A stretch of 39,624 nucleotides of DNA, from positions 1 to 39,624 of the forward strand of contig JAFTLM010000005.1 of NCBI GenBank assembly GCA_017455945.1, in the 5' to 3' direction. The notes under the pieces were generated by a model. It searched no databases. It had not been told where the DNA came from and was given only the letters and a program-made list of their open reading frames with translations. Below are positions 1 through 7,366 of this stretch, in pieces; positions within the stretch are counted from its first letter, which is position 1, and every line of letters starts with the position of its first letter. The DNA is from Clostridia bacterium (lineage in GTDB: Bacteria; Bacillota; Clostridia; Oscillospirales; CAG-272). Made by a program: the position numbers and the translations under genes.

Positions 1-40
1 ATCCAAATTACCACCCAACCGAGAAAGGCGGTGTGCAGGA

Positions 41-241
41 ATGAATTCCTTTACACATTGTCCGTCTTGCAAACACGCAATATTTTATGGATATGGAAAC
101 GGATATGGCTGTTATTTGACAGAGTGTAAGTACGAACTTGCCGAATATAACAATAGGGTTATTACAAGCAACCGAACATTAACCGAAGAAGAAATAAAAT
201 CCCTTATGAATGAGAATAAAGAGAAAGGCGGTGAGGGGTGA
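41..241 (+). CDS. Small Cys-rich zinc-ribbon-like protein (66 aa)
   Basis: ORF track. ATG 41 is preceded by SD-like GAAAGGCGGTG (24-34). CPSC plus a downstream Cys pair. The frame stays open back to base 2, so a 5' extension past the window edge cannot be excluded. Confidence 0.5.
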   Translation: MNSFTHCPSCKHAIFYGYGNGYGCYLTECKYELAEYNNRVITSNRTLTEEEIKSLMNENKEKGGEG

Positions 242-450
242 TGGCTTGTAATTTTTGCAAATCCGATTTATATATAAAAACCGTTCAATACACAAAACCT
301 TTACTTGCTCCGATGACAAGAGCAGAGGAATTAAGGCAAGAATTATTGGACTTGACAGGCGAGGTTTATTTGCAAATACCGAATGAATATTGTGCTATGT
401 GTGGAGAGAAAATCACACGCACACCAAAAGAAAGAGGTGGGGAGAAGTGA
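241..450 (+). CDS. Small zinc-ribbon protein (CNFC...CAMC), 69 aa
   Basis: ATG 241 overlaps the upstream stop (TGATG coupling). The track lists GTG 238. Two CxxC pairs. Confidence 0.55.
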   Translation: MACNFCKSDLYIKTVQYTKPLLAPMTRAEELRQELLDLTGEVYLQIPNEYCAMCGEKITRTPKERGGEK

Positions 451-818
451 ACAATATTTTTATAGTTTTGTTAATGATATTTTGTCATATAGTAGATGAT
501 TATTATTTGCAAGGTTGGTTAGCATCAGCCAAACAAAAGAAGTATTGGAAAGAAAATGCACCTGAAAAGATGTATAAATATGACTATATATGGGCGTTGA
601 TTATGCATTCTTTTTCTTGGGCGTTTATGATAATGTTGCCGATTGCTTATAGTTTATCTTTCAATGTCAATATTGCGTTTTTGATTGCTTTTATTATCAA
701 TGTTACCGTTCACGCGATTACAGACGATTTGAAAGCAAACAAGCGAAAAATTAACCTTTGGATAGACCAAATTATACACCTTTGCCAAATATCAATTACG
801 GCAATTATCTTTTTATAA
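447..818 (+). CDS. Integral membrane protein, DUF3307-like
   Basis: GTG 447 follows GAGGTGGGGAG and overlaps the upstream stop (GTGA). The track start 390 is judged an upstream extension. Several hydrophobic helices. The HIVDDYYLQ motif resembles DUF3307 (from memory). Confidence 0.5.
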   Translation: MNNIFIVLLMIFCHIVDDYYLQGWLASAKQKKYWKENAPEKMYKYDYIWALIMHSFSWAFMIMLPIAYSLSFNVNIAFLIAFIINVTVHAITDDLKANKRKINLWIDQIIHLCQISITAIIFL

Positions 819-830
819 GGCGGTGATTAA

Positions 831-1187
831 GTGGAGAACATAGAGAAGCGCGATAATTACACAGAACGAGTAAAAGAATTTGCGGAAAGTTTGACAAATT
901 TCTTTCTTGTATTTGATAGTCTGTTCTTGTTTGAAACAGATGCAGAACAATTATTAAACGATACCAAAGAAAGCATTGAAGAAAAGATTTTGCATAATGA
1001 AAGTGCTTTGCCTTTAATAATCGCTATGGGTGGAAATTATGATAGCGACATCGACCGAGCCAAAGTCAAACAAGTTGATGCTTTGCTTGAATTGGTAAAA
1101 GCAAGAAAGAATTTACAAAAGGCAACCGAAAAAGAACATAAAAAGAAAGCCGATTATTCGCAAGTCCTTGCGTTGTTTGACTTATAA
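831..1187 (+). CDS. Hypothetical protein (118 aa)
   Basis: ORF track. GTG start after AAGGCGGTG SD-like motif. No recognisable domain. Confidence 0.5.
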   Translation: MENIEKRDNYTERVKEFAESLTNFFLVFDSLFLFETDAEQLLNDTKESIEEKILHNESALPLIIAMGGNYDSDIDRAKVKQVDALLELVKARKNLQKATEKEHKKKADYSQVLALFDL

Positions 1188-1199
1188 AGGGTGGTGCGA

Positions 1200-2393
1200 A
1201 TGGCTGATATTTCAAAATTTGATGATATTTCAAAGCTTCAAACCTATGAGGACTATATCGCAAACAATATCACCGAATGGGAAGCGGAGAGCATAGCGAG
1301 AGTTTGCCGAAAGATTGGCAAAATCGGGCGAATGAGCAAAAAAGATTTTGAAAAGTTTGATGCCGACAAAGAGGCAAAAAAAGAGTGGGAACGAATAGTG
1401 TCGGCTCTTGCGATTGCAACGGCATTGAATATCCGCACGCTCAAAAAGGCGTATACAAGCGAGTTTGAGGCGTGGGAGAAGCAGAACGAGTATTTATACC
1501 AATACAGAGGTAAAAAGCCGTTAGGCGTGAAAAATGGGGCTTTACAGGGCATTATAGACAAGGCGGTAAAGCAGAATGGAAAAGAAATTCTTAACCTCAC
1601 CAACACAAAGGCTATTTCGGTGCTTGACAGGAATGGAAATCCGATCCGCTTTCAAGACGCGATTTACAAGTCTTTCGGTGATGCCGTTAAGACCGTTACA
1701 GAGGGCAAGGCTGATTTTTACACCACGATGCGACAGACGGTGCAAAATCTCGGTGGCGGTGGTTGCCGTGTAAACTATGGCGAGGGCATTACAAGGCGGT
1801 TGGATACCGTTGTAAGGCAGAATATGGCTTACGGTATCAAACAGTCGCACAAAGAATATAATGAGCTTGTAGGGCGTGAAATTGGCGCAGACGGTACAGA
1901 GGTGGACTATCACGCAAATTCTCGTCCTTCTCACCGCTATATGCAAGGCAAACAATACGCAAAGGGGGCAGAGGGAAAGACAGTCAATGGCGTGTTCTAT
2001 CCGTCAGCCGAAAAAGAAGGCGTTTATGATCGTTTGTATGAGGACTACAACTGCCGACACTATGAAACCTACATCATTCTTGGCGTGAGTGAACCGAGAT
2101 ATTCCACAGAGGAATTGAAGCGTTTTGAGGAGCAGGACAAACGGCTTTACAAGATTGGCAATATCGAAAAGGACGGCTACGGTTGGAGCCAATCAATGCG
2201 AGCTTGCGAAACCGAAATCCGCAGATGCAAAGACGAGATAAATGCGCTTAAAGCGTTTGGAAATAGTGAAGCCGAGATAAAGGCACTCCGTCAGCGCATC
2301 AAGACAGTTCGTGCCAAATACAATGAGATTGCAGAGGTAACGGGCATATCTGCAGAGCCGAAGCGTTTATCTGTACCGAGGGCAAACAAATGA
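1200..2393 (+). CDS. Minor capsid / head-morphogenesis protein (SPP1 gp7 / minor-capsid-protein-2 type)
   Basis: ATG 1200 after AGGGTGGTG (track start GTG 1191). Motif VDYHANSRPSHRYMQGKQY resembles the conserved core of the gp7/Mu-F/min_cap2 families (from memory). C-terminal coiled coil. Confidence 0.6.
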   Translation: MADISKFDDISKLQTYEDYIANNITEWEAESIARVCRKIGKIGRMSKKDFEKFDADKEAKKEWERIVSALAIATALNIRTLKKAYTSEFEAWEKQNEYLYQYRGKKPLGVKNGALQGIIDKAVKQNGKEILNLTNTKAISVLDRNGNPIRFQDAIYKSFGDAVKTVTEGKADFYTTMRQTVQNLGGGGCRVNYGEGITRRLDTVVRQNMAYGIKQSHKEYNELVGREIGADGTEVDYHANSRPSHRYMQGKQYAKGAEGKTVNGVFYPSAEKEGVYDRLYEDYNCRHYETYIILGVSEPRYSTEELKRFEEQDKRLYKIGNIEKDGYGWSQSMRACETEIRRCKDEINALKAFGNSEAEIKALRQRIKTVRAKYNEIAEVTGISAEPKRLSVPRANK

Positions 2394-2581
2394 AGAAAAC
2401 AATAAAAGCAATTATGATAATTGTCGGCTTTGCGGGTTTGTTGATTTGTGGTATATGGGCGACTATATTACACTTTCAAAATCCCGATATGACCGATTTG
2501 AGATTATTTCTTGAATTCCCGCAAGTAACAATTATAGGCGTTATTTGTGCCATTATTGAATTTGTCGGCATAGAAATATAA
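2390..2581 (+). CDS. Small membrane protein (63 aa, 2 predicted TM)
   Basis: ATGA start/stop overlap with the upstream gene. Two hydrophobic stretches. Confidence 0.55.
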   Translation: MKKTIKAIMIIVGFAGLLICGIWATILHFQNPDMTDLRLFLEFPQVTIIGVICAIIEFVGIEI

Positions 2582-2586
2582 GATTT

Positions 2587-2617
2587 TCCCTTGCGAAAGC
2601 AGGGGATTTTCTTTTTT
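2587..2617 (+). terminator. Rho-independent terminator
   Basis: 8-bp stem TCCCTTGC/GCAGGGGA (one G-T) with a GAAA tetraloop, followed by TTTTCTTTTTT. Confidence 0.75.
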
Positions 2618-2677
2618 GTAAATAACATTTTACGGCTATTTACGGCTATTTACAAAGTTATTTATCCAATATTTACC
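2618..2677. repeat. Iteron-like array, consensus G(C/T)TATTTA(C/T)
   Basis: GTAAATAAC (2618-2626, inverted), GCTATTTAC (2635-2643 and 2645-2653), GTTATTTAT (2657-2665), ATATTTACC (2669-2677), spaced 10-12 bp apart. Confidence 0.6.
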
Positions 2678-2679
2678 AA

Positions 2680-2850
2680 TTTTATTGTGCAATATATATA
2701 AATAATAATACTATATTATATATAATATTTGTTATAAATATATAAAAATGATGATATTTTGTTGTTGTTGTAAATAGTAAATAATAAATAGTGTTTAAAC
2801 TTTTACAATTTGTATTTTCATATATAGTATTTCTACCTATATAGAATTTA
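2680..2850. other. Near-pure A/T tract (DNA-unwinding-element-like)
   Basis: About 170 bp with very few G/C and no ORF. Flanked by iterons and contains AAACTTTTACA (2797-2807), which is shared with block B. Confidence 0.5.
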
Positions 2851-2871
2851 GTTTATGTTATTTACAAAAAA

Positions 2872-2933
2872 CCGAAAAAGCCTTGTGTATCAAGGGTTTT
2901 CGGCATAAATAACAATTTACGAAAGTTATTTAC
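2872..2933. promoter_or_regulatory. Hairpin plus palindromic operator-like site CATAAATAAC-N11-GTTATTTAC
   Basis: Hairpin CCGAAAAAGCCTTG/CAAGGGTTTTCGG (2872-2903), immediately followed by the inverted repeat 2904-2913 / 2925-2933. The same arrangement occurs at 30548-30590. Confidence 0.55.
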
Positions 2934-2989
2934 ATCCGCTCGCTTGGTAGGATTTTTGAAAAATTTTTTGAGAAATTTGCGAAAAGGGG

Positions 2990-3018
2990 TTGACAAGTGT
3001 ATAACTTTGTGATATAAT
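2990..3018 (+). promoter_or_regulatory. Sigma-A type promoter (TTGACA-N17-TATAAT, TG-extended)
   Basis: -35 TTGACA 2990-2995, 17-nt spacer, TGaTATAAT with -10 at 3013-3018. Confidence 0.7.
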
Positions 3019-3070
3019 ATATACAGAGGTTGGGGGGACAACCGAAAGAAAGAAATGAGGTATTAAAAAA

Positions 3071-3235
3071 ATGAAAAATTATCCTATGTATGTAAAAACA
3101 AGAGACGGTTATATCGGTACATTTAAGCGTTTGGAATATGGCGAGTTCCCCGTTTACAAATTTGATGGCGGAGAAAGAATGGTTGATAATTGGGAAATCG
3201 AAAACGGGAGCGACAACAGAGAGGATTTGATGTAA
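3071..3235 (+). CDS. Small hypothetical protein (54 aa)
   Basis: Below the ORF-track cutoff. ATG 3071 follows the AGAAAGAAATGAGGT leader. Its stop overlaps the next start (TAATG). Confidence 0.5.
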   Translation: MKNYPMYVKTRDGYIGTFKRLEYGEFPVYKFDGGERMVDNWEIENGSDNREDLM

Positions 3236-3726
3236 TGAATAAAATAATTGAAAAGCCTTTGCACATAGTAAAGTTGTATGTAAAGGCTCTCCCTTTGGAA
3301 GAAAGGCACAAAGAAATTGTACTGGGTGTTTGCGATTGGTCTTATATAACGGAAGAATATACAGTAAGAGATGCAAAAACCAAAAAGAATTTTATTGTAA
3401 ATCCTTATACGATTTGCCGAAACAGTTGTATCATAGACAAAAATGGCGTATATGTTTATGAATATGATTTGTTAAAATTGACACACGGAATAAAAACATC
3501 TTGCTACGGTTTTCTTGTGTGGGATGAATTTTACAAGTCTTGGAAGATAAGAAAAAGAACAGACAGAACGGCATACAATAATCTTGATGATTGGACTATT
3601 GAGACGGTAGGAAATATTGTTTTGAATGATGCGGATTTACAGATTATCATAAATCAAGAAAAGGAAGAAGATGCAAAAGAAACATTTATAGATAATTCTT
3701 ATTGCCCTTCAAAGTTTAGGAGGTAA
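3235..3726 (+). CDS. YopX-like phage protein (163 aa)
   Basis: In-frame ATG 3235 is preferred to track start 3190 because of translational coupling. The ...WTIETVGNIVLN... C-terminal region resembles the YopX family (from memory). Confidence 0.5.
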   Translation: MNKIIEKPLHIVKLYVKALPLEERHKEIVLGVCDWSYITEEYTVRDAKTKKNFIVNPYTICRNSCIIDKNGVYVYEYDLLKLTHGIKTSCYGFLVWDEFYKSWKIRKRTDRTAYNNLDDWTIETVGNIVLNDADLQIIINQEKEEDAKETFIDNSYCPSKFRR

Positions 3727-3728
3727 AA

Positions 3729-3893
3729 GTGCTAACAAGAATTGTTTTTATCATAAATTTAATTTTATTTATATTTAATATTGTTTTTGCAATTTGTACT
3801 AAAATTAAAGGTTGGAGCACTTGGTATTATTCAATTATACCTGCTTCGTATAGTTTTATTATTGTTTTATCAATTATTTTGACTATGAATTAA
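3729..3893 (+). CDS. Small hydrophobic membrane protein (54 aa)
   Basis: Below the track cutoff. GTG 3729 lies 5 nt after AGGAGG. Two hydrophobic helices. Confidence 0.5.
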   Translation: MLTRIVFIINLILFIFNIVFAICTKIKGWSTWYYSIIPASYSFIIVLSIILTMN

Positions 3894-3958
3894 GGCGATA
3901 AGACAAAATGAAGAAAGAAACAAGACAAACAGTATTTTGTAAAATTTGGGAGGTAACA

Positions 3959-4201
3959 ATGTTTGTAAGTCGAAAAAAATACAAAAACTTAAAAGATGCT
4001 TATGATTATCTTGTTGAGGACAGGAGAAAGCAAAGAGTTGAATGTGATGGAATTATAAAAAACCTTTGTGATGAACATTCGGCAGCAATTAGAGAAATAT
4101 GTGAATTGAAGCCAGAATTGGATAAGTATAAAAGACTTTATGCAGATGAATTGCAAAAAAGATTGGAATTAGCAAAATTAGTAAAAGGAGAAATAGAATA
4201 A
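3959..4201 (+). CDS. Hypothetical coiled-coil protein (80 aa; alternative start 3908 gives 97 aa)
   Basis: ATG 3959 follows GGGAGGT. The upstream in-frame 17 codons (MKKETRQTVF...) look like a fossil RHH N-terminus. Confidence 0.55.
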   Translation: MFVSRKKYKNLKDAYDYLVEDRRKQRVECDGIIKNLCDEHSAAIREICELKPELDKYKRLYADELQKRLELAKLVKGEIE

Positions 4202-4344
4202 TGACCGAAACAAGACAAACGGTATTCCGTCAAACAGAGGAAGAATTCGAACAGTTAAAAAATGATGCTTATGAGCATAAGATGAACATTAGTGATTATT
4301 TGAGATACCTCGTAGCAAAGGAAAGGAAGGAGAGGGAGAAATGA
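4201..4344 (+). CDS. Ribbon-helix-helix (CopG/Arc/MetJ-type) DNA-binding protein, 47 aa
   Basis: Below the track cutoff. TAATG coupling at 4199-4203. Beta-strand RQTVFRQTEEE, then two helices (FEQLKNDAYEHKMNISDYLRYLVAKE). Confidence 0.55.
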   Translation: MTETRQTVFRQTEEEFEQLKNDAYEHKMNISDYLRYLVAKERKEREK

Positions 4345-4532
4345 AATACGAAATTACAATATCTACCACAATAGAGGTAGAAGCAGACGGAGCAAAGAAA
4401 GCAAAAGAAAAAGCGTTGGAATATGACGGCATAGTTATTGACCGAAAAATTGTAGGGATTGGCGTTATAAGTGAAGCGTATGACACGCTCACGCTTGACC
4501 GCACACCCCAAAATGATGAGGTGAGGGAATGA
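4341..4532 (+). CDS. Hypothetical protein (63 aa)
   Basis: ORF track. ATGA overlap with the upstream gene. GGAGAGGGAG SD. Confidence 0.55.
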   Translation: MKYEITISTTIEVEADGAKKAKEKALEYDGIVIDRKIVGIGVISEAYDTLTLDRTPQNDEVRE

Positions 4533-5023
4533 AAGAATTAGCATTTATCGTTGTAAAAGACAGCGAGTTTTATAAGCAGTATTTTGAAGCAAAAGCAGAA
4601 AGACAAAAGTTTCACGAATTGGCAAAGGAATTTTTTGAAAAATATGATTTGGTTGATAGTGCCGAATATTATCAAACAAAGTTTTTAGGATTGAAATTAA
4701 CGCCTGATCAAAAGAAACGATTTGACGGACAATTAAAGAAATATGATGATGAAAATGGTATGAGCCGTTTCAAACAAAAGTCGGCTATGCAAAAGGCGTG
4801 GAATGAATTTGTAACGGACAAAATAAATTTCGATACAATAGACAAAACGCAGTTTTGGTGGTTATGTCTTATCAGTCGCGGAAGTTATAATCTTTGGGAC
4901 AAAGACGGCAATATTTATGGATATATAAAAGATAATTACAAAGAAACAATAACACTTCCCGAATATATGAACGAAATCAAAATGAGCCAATACTATTCTG
5001 TTATTGAGCAAATGGAAGATTAA
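4529..5023 (+). CDS. Hypothetical protein (164 aa)
   Basis: ORF track. ATGA overlap with the upstream gene. Confidence 0.6.
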   Translation: MKELAFIVVKDSEFYKQYFEAKAERQKFHELAKEFFEKYDLVDSAEYYQTKFLGLKLTPDQKKRFDGQLKKYDDENGMSRFKQKSAMQKAWNEFVTDKINFDTIDKTQFWWLCLISRGSYNLWDKDGNIYGYIKDNYKETITLPEYMNEIKMSQYYSVIEQMED

Positions 5024-5030
5024 CCGCCTA

Positions 5031-5059
5031 TTGACAAAATCAATTTAATATGTTATAAT
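5031..5059 (+). promoter_or_regulatory. Sigma-A type promoter of the structural (late) operon
   Basis: TTGACA 5031-5036, 17-nt spacer, TGTTATAAT with -10 at 5054-5059. Confidence 0.7.
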
Positions 5060-5062
5060 GTA

Positions 5063-5100
5063 AGAGTAGAATTGTAATGTTCTGCTCTTATTCTATTTTT
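5063..5100 (+). promoter_or_regulatory. Terminator-like hairpin at the very 5' end of the late leader
   Basis: AGAGTAGAA/TTCTGCTCT (9 bp, one G-T), 8-nt loop, then TATTCTATTTTT. Starts about 4 nt after the -10 box. Confidence 0.4.
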
Positions 5101-5180
5101 AGTCGGTTGATTAGACTTAAAAAGGTCAAGCGAAGTGCAAAGATACTCACTTAAAAAGGACTTAAACGCAGGAGGTAATT

Positions 5181-5810
5181 ATGGCAATTACAGTAAAGTA
5201 TTTGGAAGATTTAGGCGTGGAAAAGGAAGTCGCAGAAAAAATCTTCGCAGAAAGAAGCAAGGAAATTGAATCCGATAAGGCAAAGAGAGAAGCAGTTGAA
5301 ACAAAACTGAAAGAAGCAGAAAAGAGCCTTGAAAGTCTTACTACGGAGATTGACACACTCAAAACAAGCGGTAAAAATGCCGAAGAAATTCAGGCGAAAC
5401 TTGATGCGTTGATTGCAGAAAGAGAAGCTGAAAAGACAAAGGCAGAAGCAGACCGAATTATGAAAGAAAAGTTAGAGGCCACAAAGAGCCGTTTTGAAAA
5501 GGCAAATGAGGGCAAGGGCGAATGGTACAACGAGCCGACAAAAGACTTTTATTTCAAGAAATTCAGCGATGCACTTGAAAGCGAAGAATATGCAGGGCAG
5601 AGTGATGTAGATATTCTGCATTCACTCACCAAAGATGACCAAACTGCACGAAAGGGCGTTACTGCCGTTAAGTTGCAGGGGGGTACACCGCAGGGCGTAG
5701 GCGGTAAACAGTACGCCACAAAAGCAGAGATAATGGCTATAAAGAACTATGACGAAAGAGTTGAAGCCATTTCTAACAACAAGCATTTATTTATAAAAGG
5801 AGATAATTAA
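5181..5810 (+). CDS. Scaffolding protein
   Basis: E/K-rich coiled coil of 209 aa directly upstream of the capsid gene. AGGAGGT SD. Confidence 0.7.
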   Translation: MAITVKYLEDLGVEKEVAEKIFAERSKEIESDKAKREAVETKLKEAEKSLESLTTEIDTLKTSGKNAEEIQAKLDALIAEREAEKTKAEADRIMKEKLEATKSRFEKANEGKGEWYNEPTKDFYFKKFSDALESEEYAGQSDVDILHSLTKDDQTARKGVTAVKLQGGTPQGVGGKQYATKAEIMAIKNYDERVEAISNNKHLFIKGDN

Positions 5811-5812
5811 AA

Positions 5813-6700
5813 ATGGCAGTTACACCTAATACTACCACTACCGAAAACTTTGACGTAAGTGCAAAGGTCATTGAGTTTGTAGAGAGATTTAATACCAACT
5901 GGGATGCGCTTCTTGAAATTATGGGCGTTATGCGTCCTATTCGTAAGGCTCCCGGTACTACCCTTCGTTCTTATAAGGTAGATATTACAAGAGGCGGTGG
6001 TCAGCCTGCTGAGGGCGACGAGGTTGCTCTTTCTCAGGCAAATATTACCGAGGTTACTCATAAGGATATTTCCCTTAAAGCTGACAGAATGAGAATTACC
6101 GCACAGGATGTTGAAAAGTACGGCGCAAAGCTCGCAGTACAGAGAACTTATGACAGTTTCCTCAACTCTATTCAGGGAGATGTTCTTGACGAGTTCTACG
6201 ATTTCGCTATGACAGGCGAACTCACGGGCACAGAGGACACTTTCCAAATGGCAGTATCTATGGCGGTTGGTAAGGTAAAGGATAAGTTTAAGAAGATGCG
6301 TAAGAATTATGGCAATATCATAGTTTTTGCGAACACTCTTGATGTTGCTCGTTACCTCGGTTCTTCGCAGATTTCCACGCAGAACCAAAACGGAATTGAG
6401 TACCTTAAGAATTTCCTCGGTGCTGATACACTTATTTCTTCTTCCGAAATTCCCGAGGGAAAGGTTGTAGCAATCCCTGCTGATAACATTATTCTTTACT
6501 ACATTGACCCCGCTGATAGTGAGTTTAGCGAGCTTGGTCTTGAATATTACACAGGAGACGGCGAAACCAACCTTATTGGCGCACACCGTGAGGGCGTTTA
6601 TGGTAGAGTTTCGGGCGATACTCACATTCTTTACGGTCTTACCCTTTGGGCAGAGTATCTTGACGCTATTGCGGTTATCACCGTTGGCGCAGGTGCGTGA
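5813..6700 (+). CDS. Major capsid protein
   Basis: 295 aa, immediately after the scaffold, in the portal/scaffold/capsid order typical of siphoviruses. Assignment is by position and size only. Confidence 0.75.
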   Translation: MAVTPNTTTTENFDVSAKVIEFVERFNTNWDALLEIMGVMRPIRKAPGTTLRSYKVDITRGGGQPAEGDEVALSQANITEVTHKDISLKADRMRITAQDVEKYGAKLAVQRTYDSFLNSIQGDVLDEFYDFAMTGELTGTEDTFQMAVSMAVGKVKDKFKKMRKNYGNIIVFANTLDVARYLGSSQISTQNQNGIEYLKNFLGADTLISSSEIPEGKVVAIPADNIILYYIDPADSEFSELGLEYYTGDGETNLIGAHREGVYGRVSGDTHILYGLTLWAEYLDAIAVITVGAGA

Positions 6701-6704
6701 TTGA

Positions 6705-6884
6705 ATGTACCGAGTAATTAAGTATTTTACCGATTTGCAGGACACTAATCACGAATACAACGTGGGGGATATTTACCCCCACAATAAAAAGAAAGTTTCT
6801 GCAAGTCGGATAAAAGAACTTGCTACGGATAAAAACAGACGAGGCATTCCGCTTATTGAAAAAGTGGAAGAGCCGAAAGAATAA
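6705..6884 (+). CDS. Small head-module protein (59 aa)
   Basis: Below the track cutoff. ATG 6705 lies 5 nt after the capsid stop. Fills the gap before the connector genes. Confidence 0.45.
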   Translation: MYRVIKYFTDLQDTNHEYNVGDIYPHNKKKVSASRIKELATDKNRRGIPLIEKVEEPKE

Positions 6885-6902
6885 CAGAAAGGCGGTTGAA
6901 TT

Positions 6903-7364
6903 ATGCAATATCTAACCTATGAAGAATATCAAGAAATAGGCGGCACGCTTGATTCGACCGCCTTTAACCGCAATATAGACAGGGCGTGTGGATTTGTGGA
7001 TTCGCATACATTCGGGCGATTGCACAAAAGTTCCACCGTTTCTAAAATGGTAAAGGCGTGCGTGCGTGATTTGGTGGAATATCTCGCAAATAACGTGTCA
7101 AGCGGTAAGACGGTCACAAGTAAGAGCCAATCAGCAGGCGGTGTGAGCGAAAGCGAGAGCTATGCAACAAAAACCACCGATGAAATAAATGCGGAAATGC
7201 TCAATATAGTGTATGATTACTTGATAAATGAATTTGATGATGACGGTGTTCCTCTTATGTATAGGGGAGCAAGCAACGCAACGCACCGAGAGGGCGAGAG
7301 AGAGCCTGTAAAGGTTAAGTTCAAGGTCAAGTATGGTTGGAATGAAATTGAGATACCGAGGTAA
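6903..7364 (+). CDS. Putative head-tail connector/adaptor protein
   Basis: 153 aa. Called by position after the capsid gene. AAAGGCGGT SD. Confidence 0.5.
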   Translation: MQYLTYEEYQEIGGTLDSTAFNRNIDRACGFVDSHTFGRLHKSSTVSKMVKACVRDLVEYLANNVSSGKTVTSKSQSAGGVSESESYATKTTDEINAEMLNIVYDYLINEFDDDGVPLMYRGASNATHREGEREPVKVKFKVKYGWNEIEIPR

Positions 7365-7366
7365 TT

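Noticed and set aside
390-446. N-terminal 19-codon extension of the membrane protein given by the ORF track
   Set aside because: It lies entirely within the upstream zinc-ribbon gene and lacks an SD. GTG 447 has a strong SD and start/stop coupling.
5807-6745. 312-aa ORF on the minus strand
   Set aside because: It is exactly antisense to the major capsid gene, has no SD, and gives a Ser/Cys/Asn-rich nonsense-like translation. The + strand gene is strongly supported by context.
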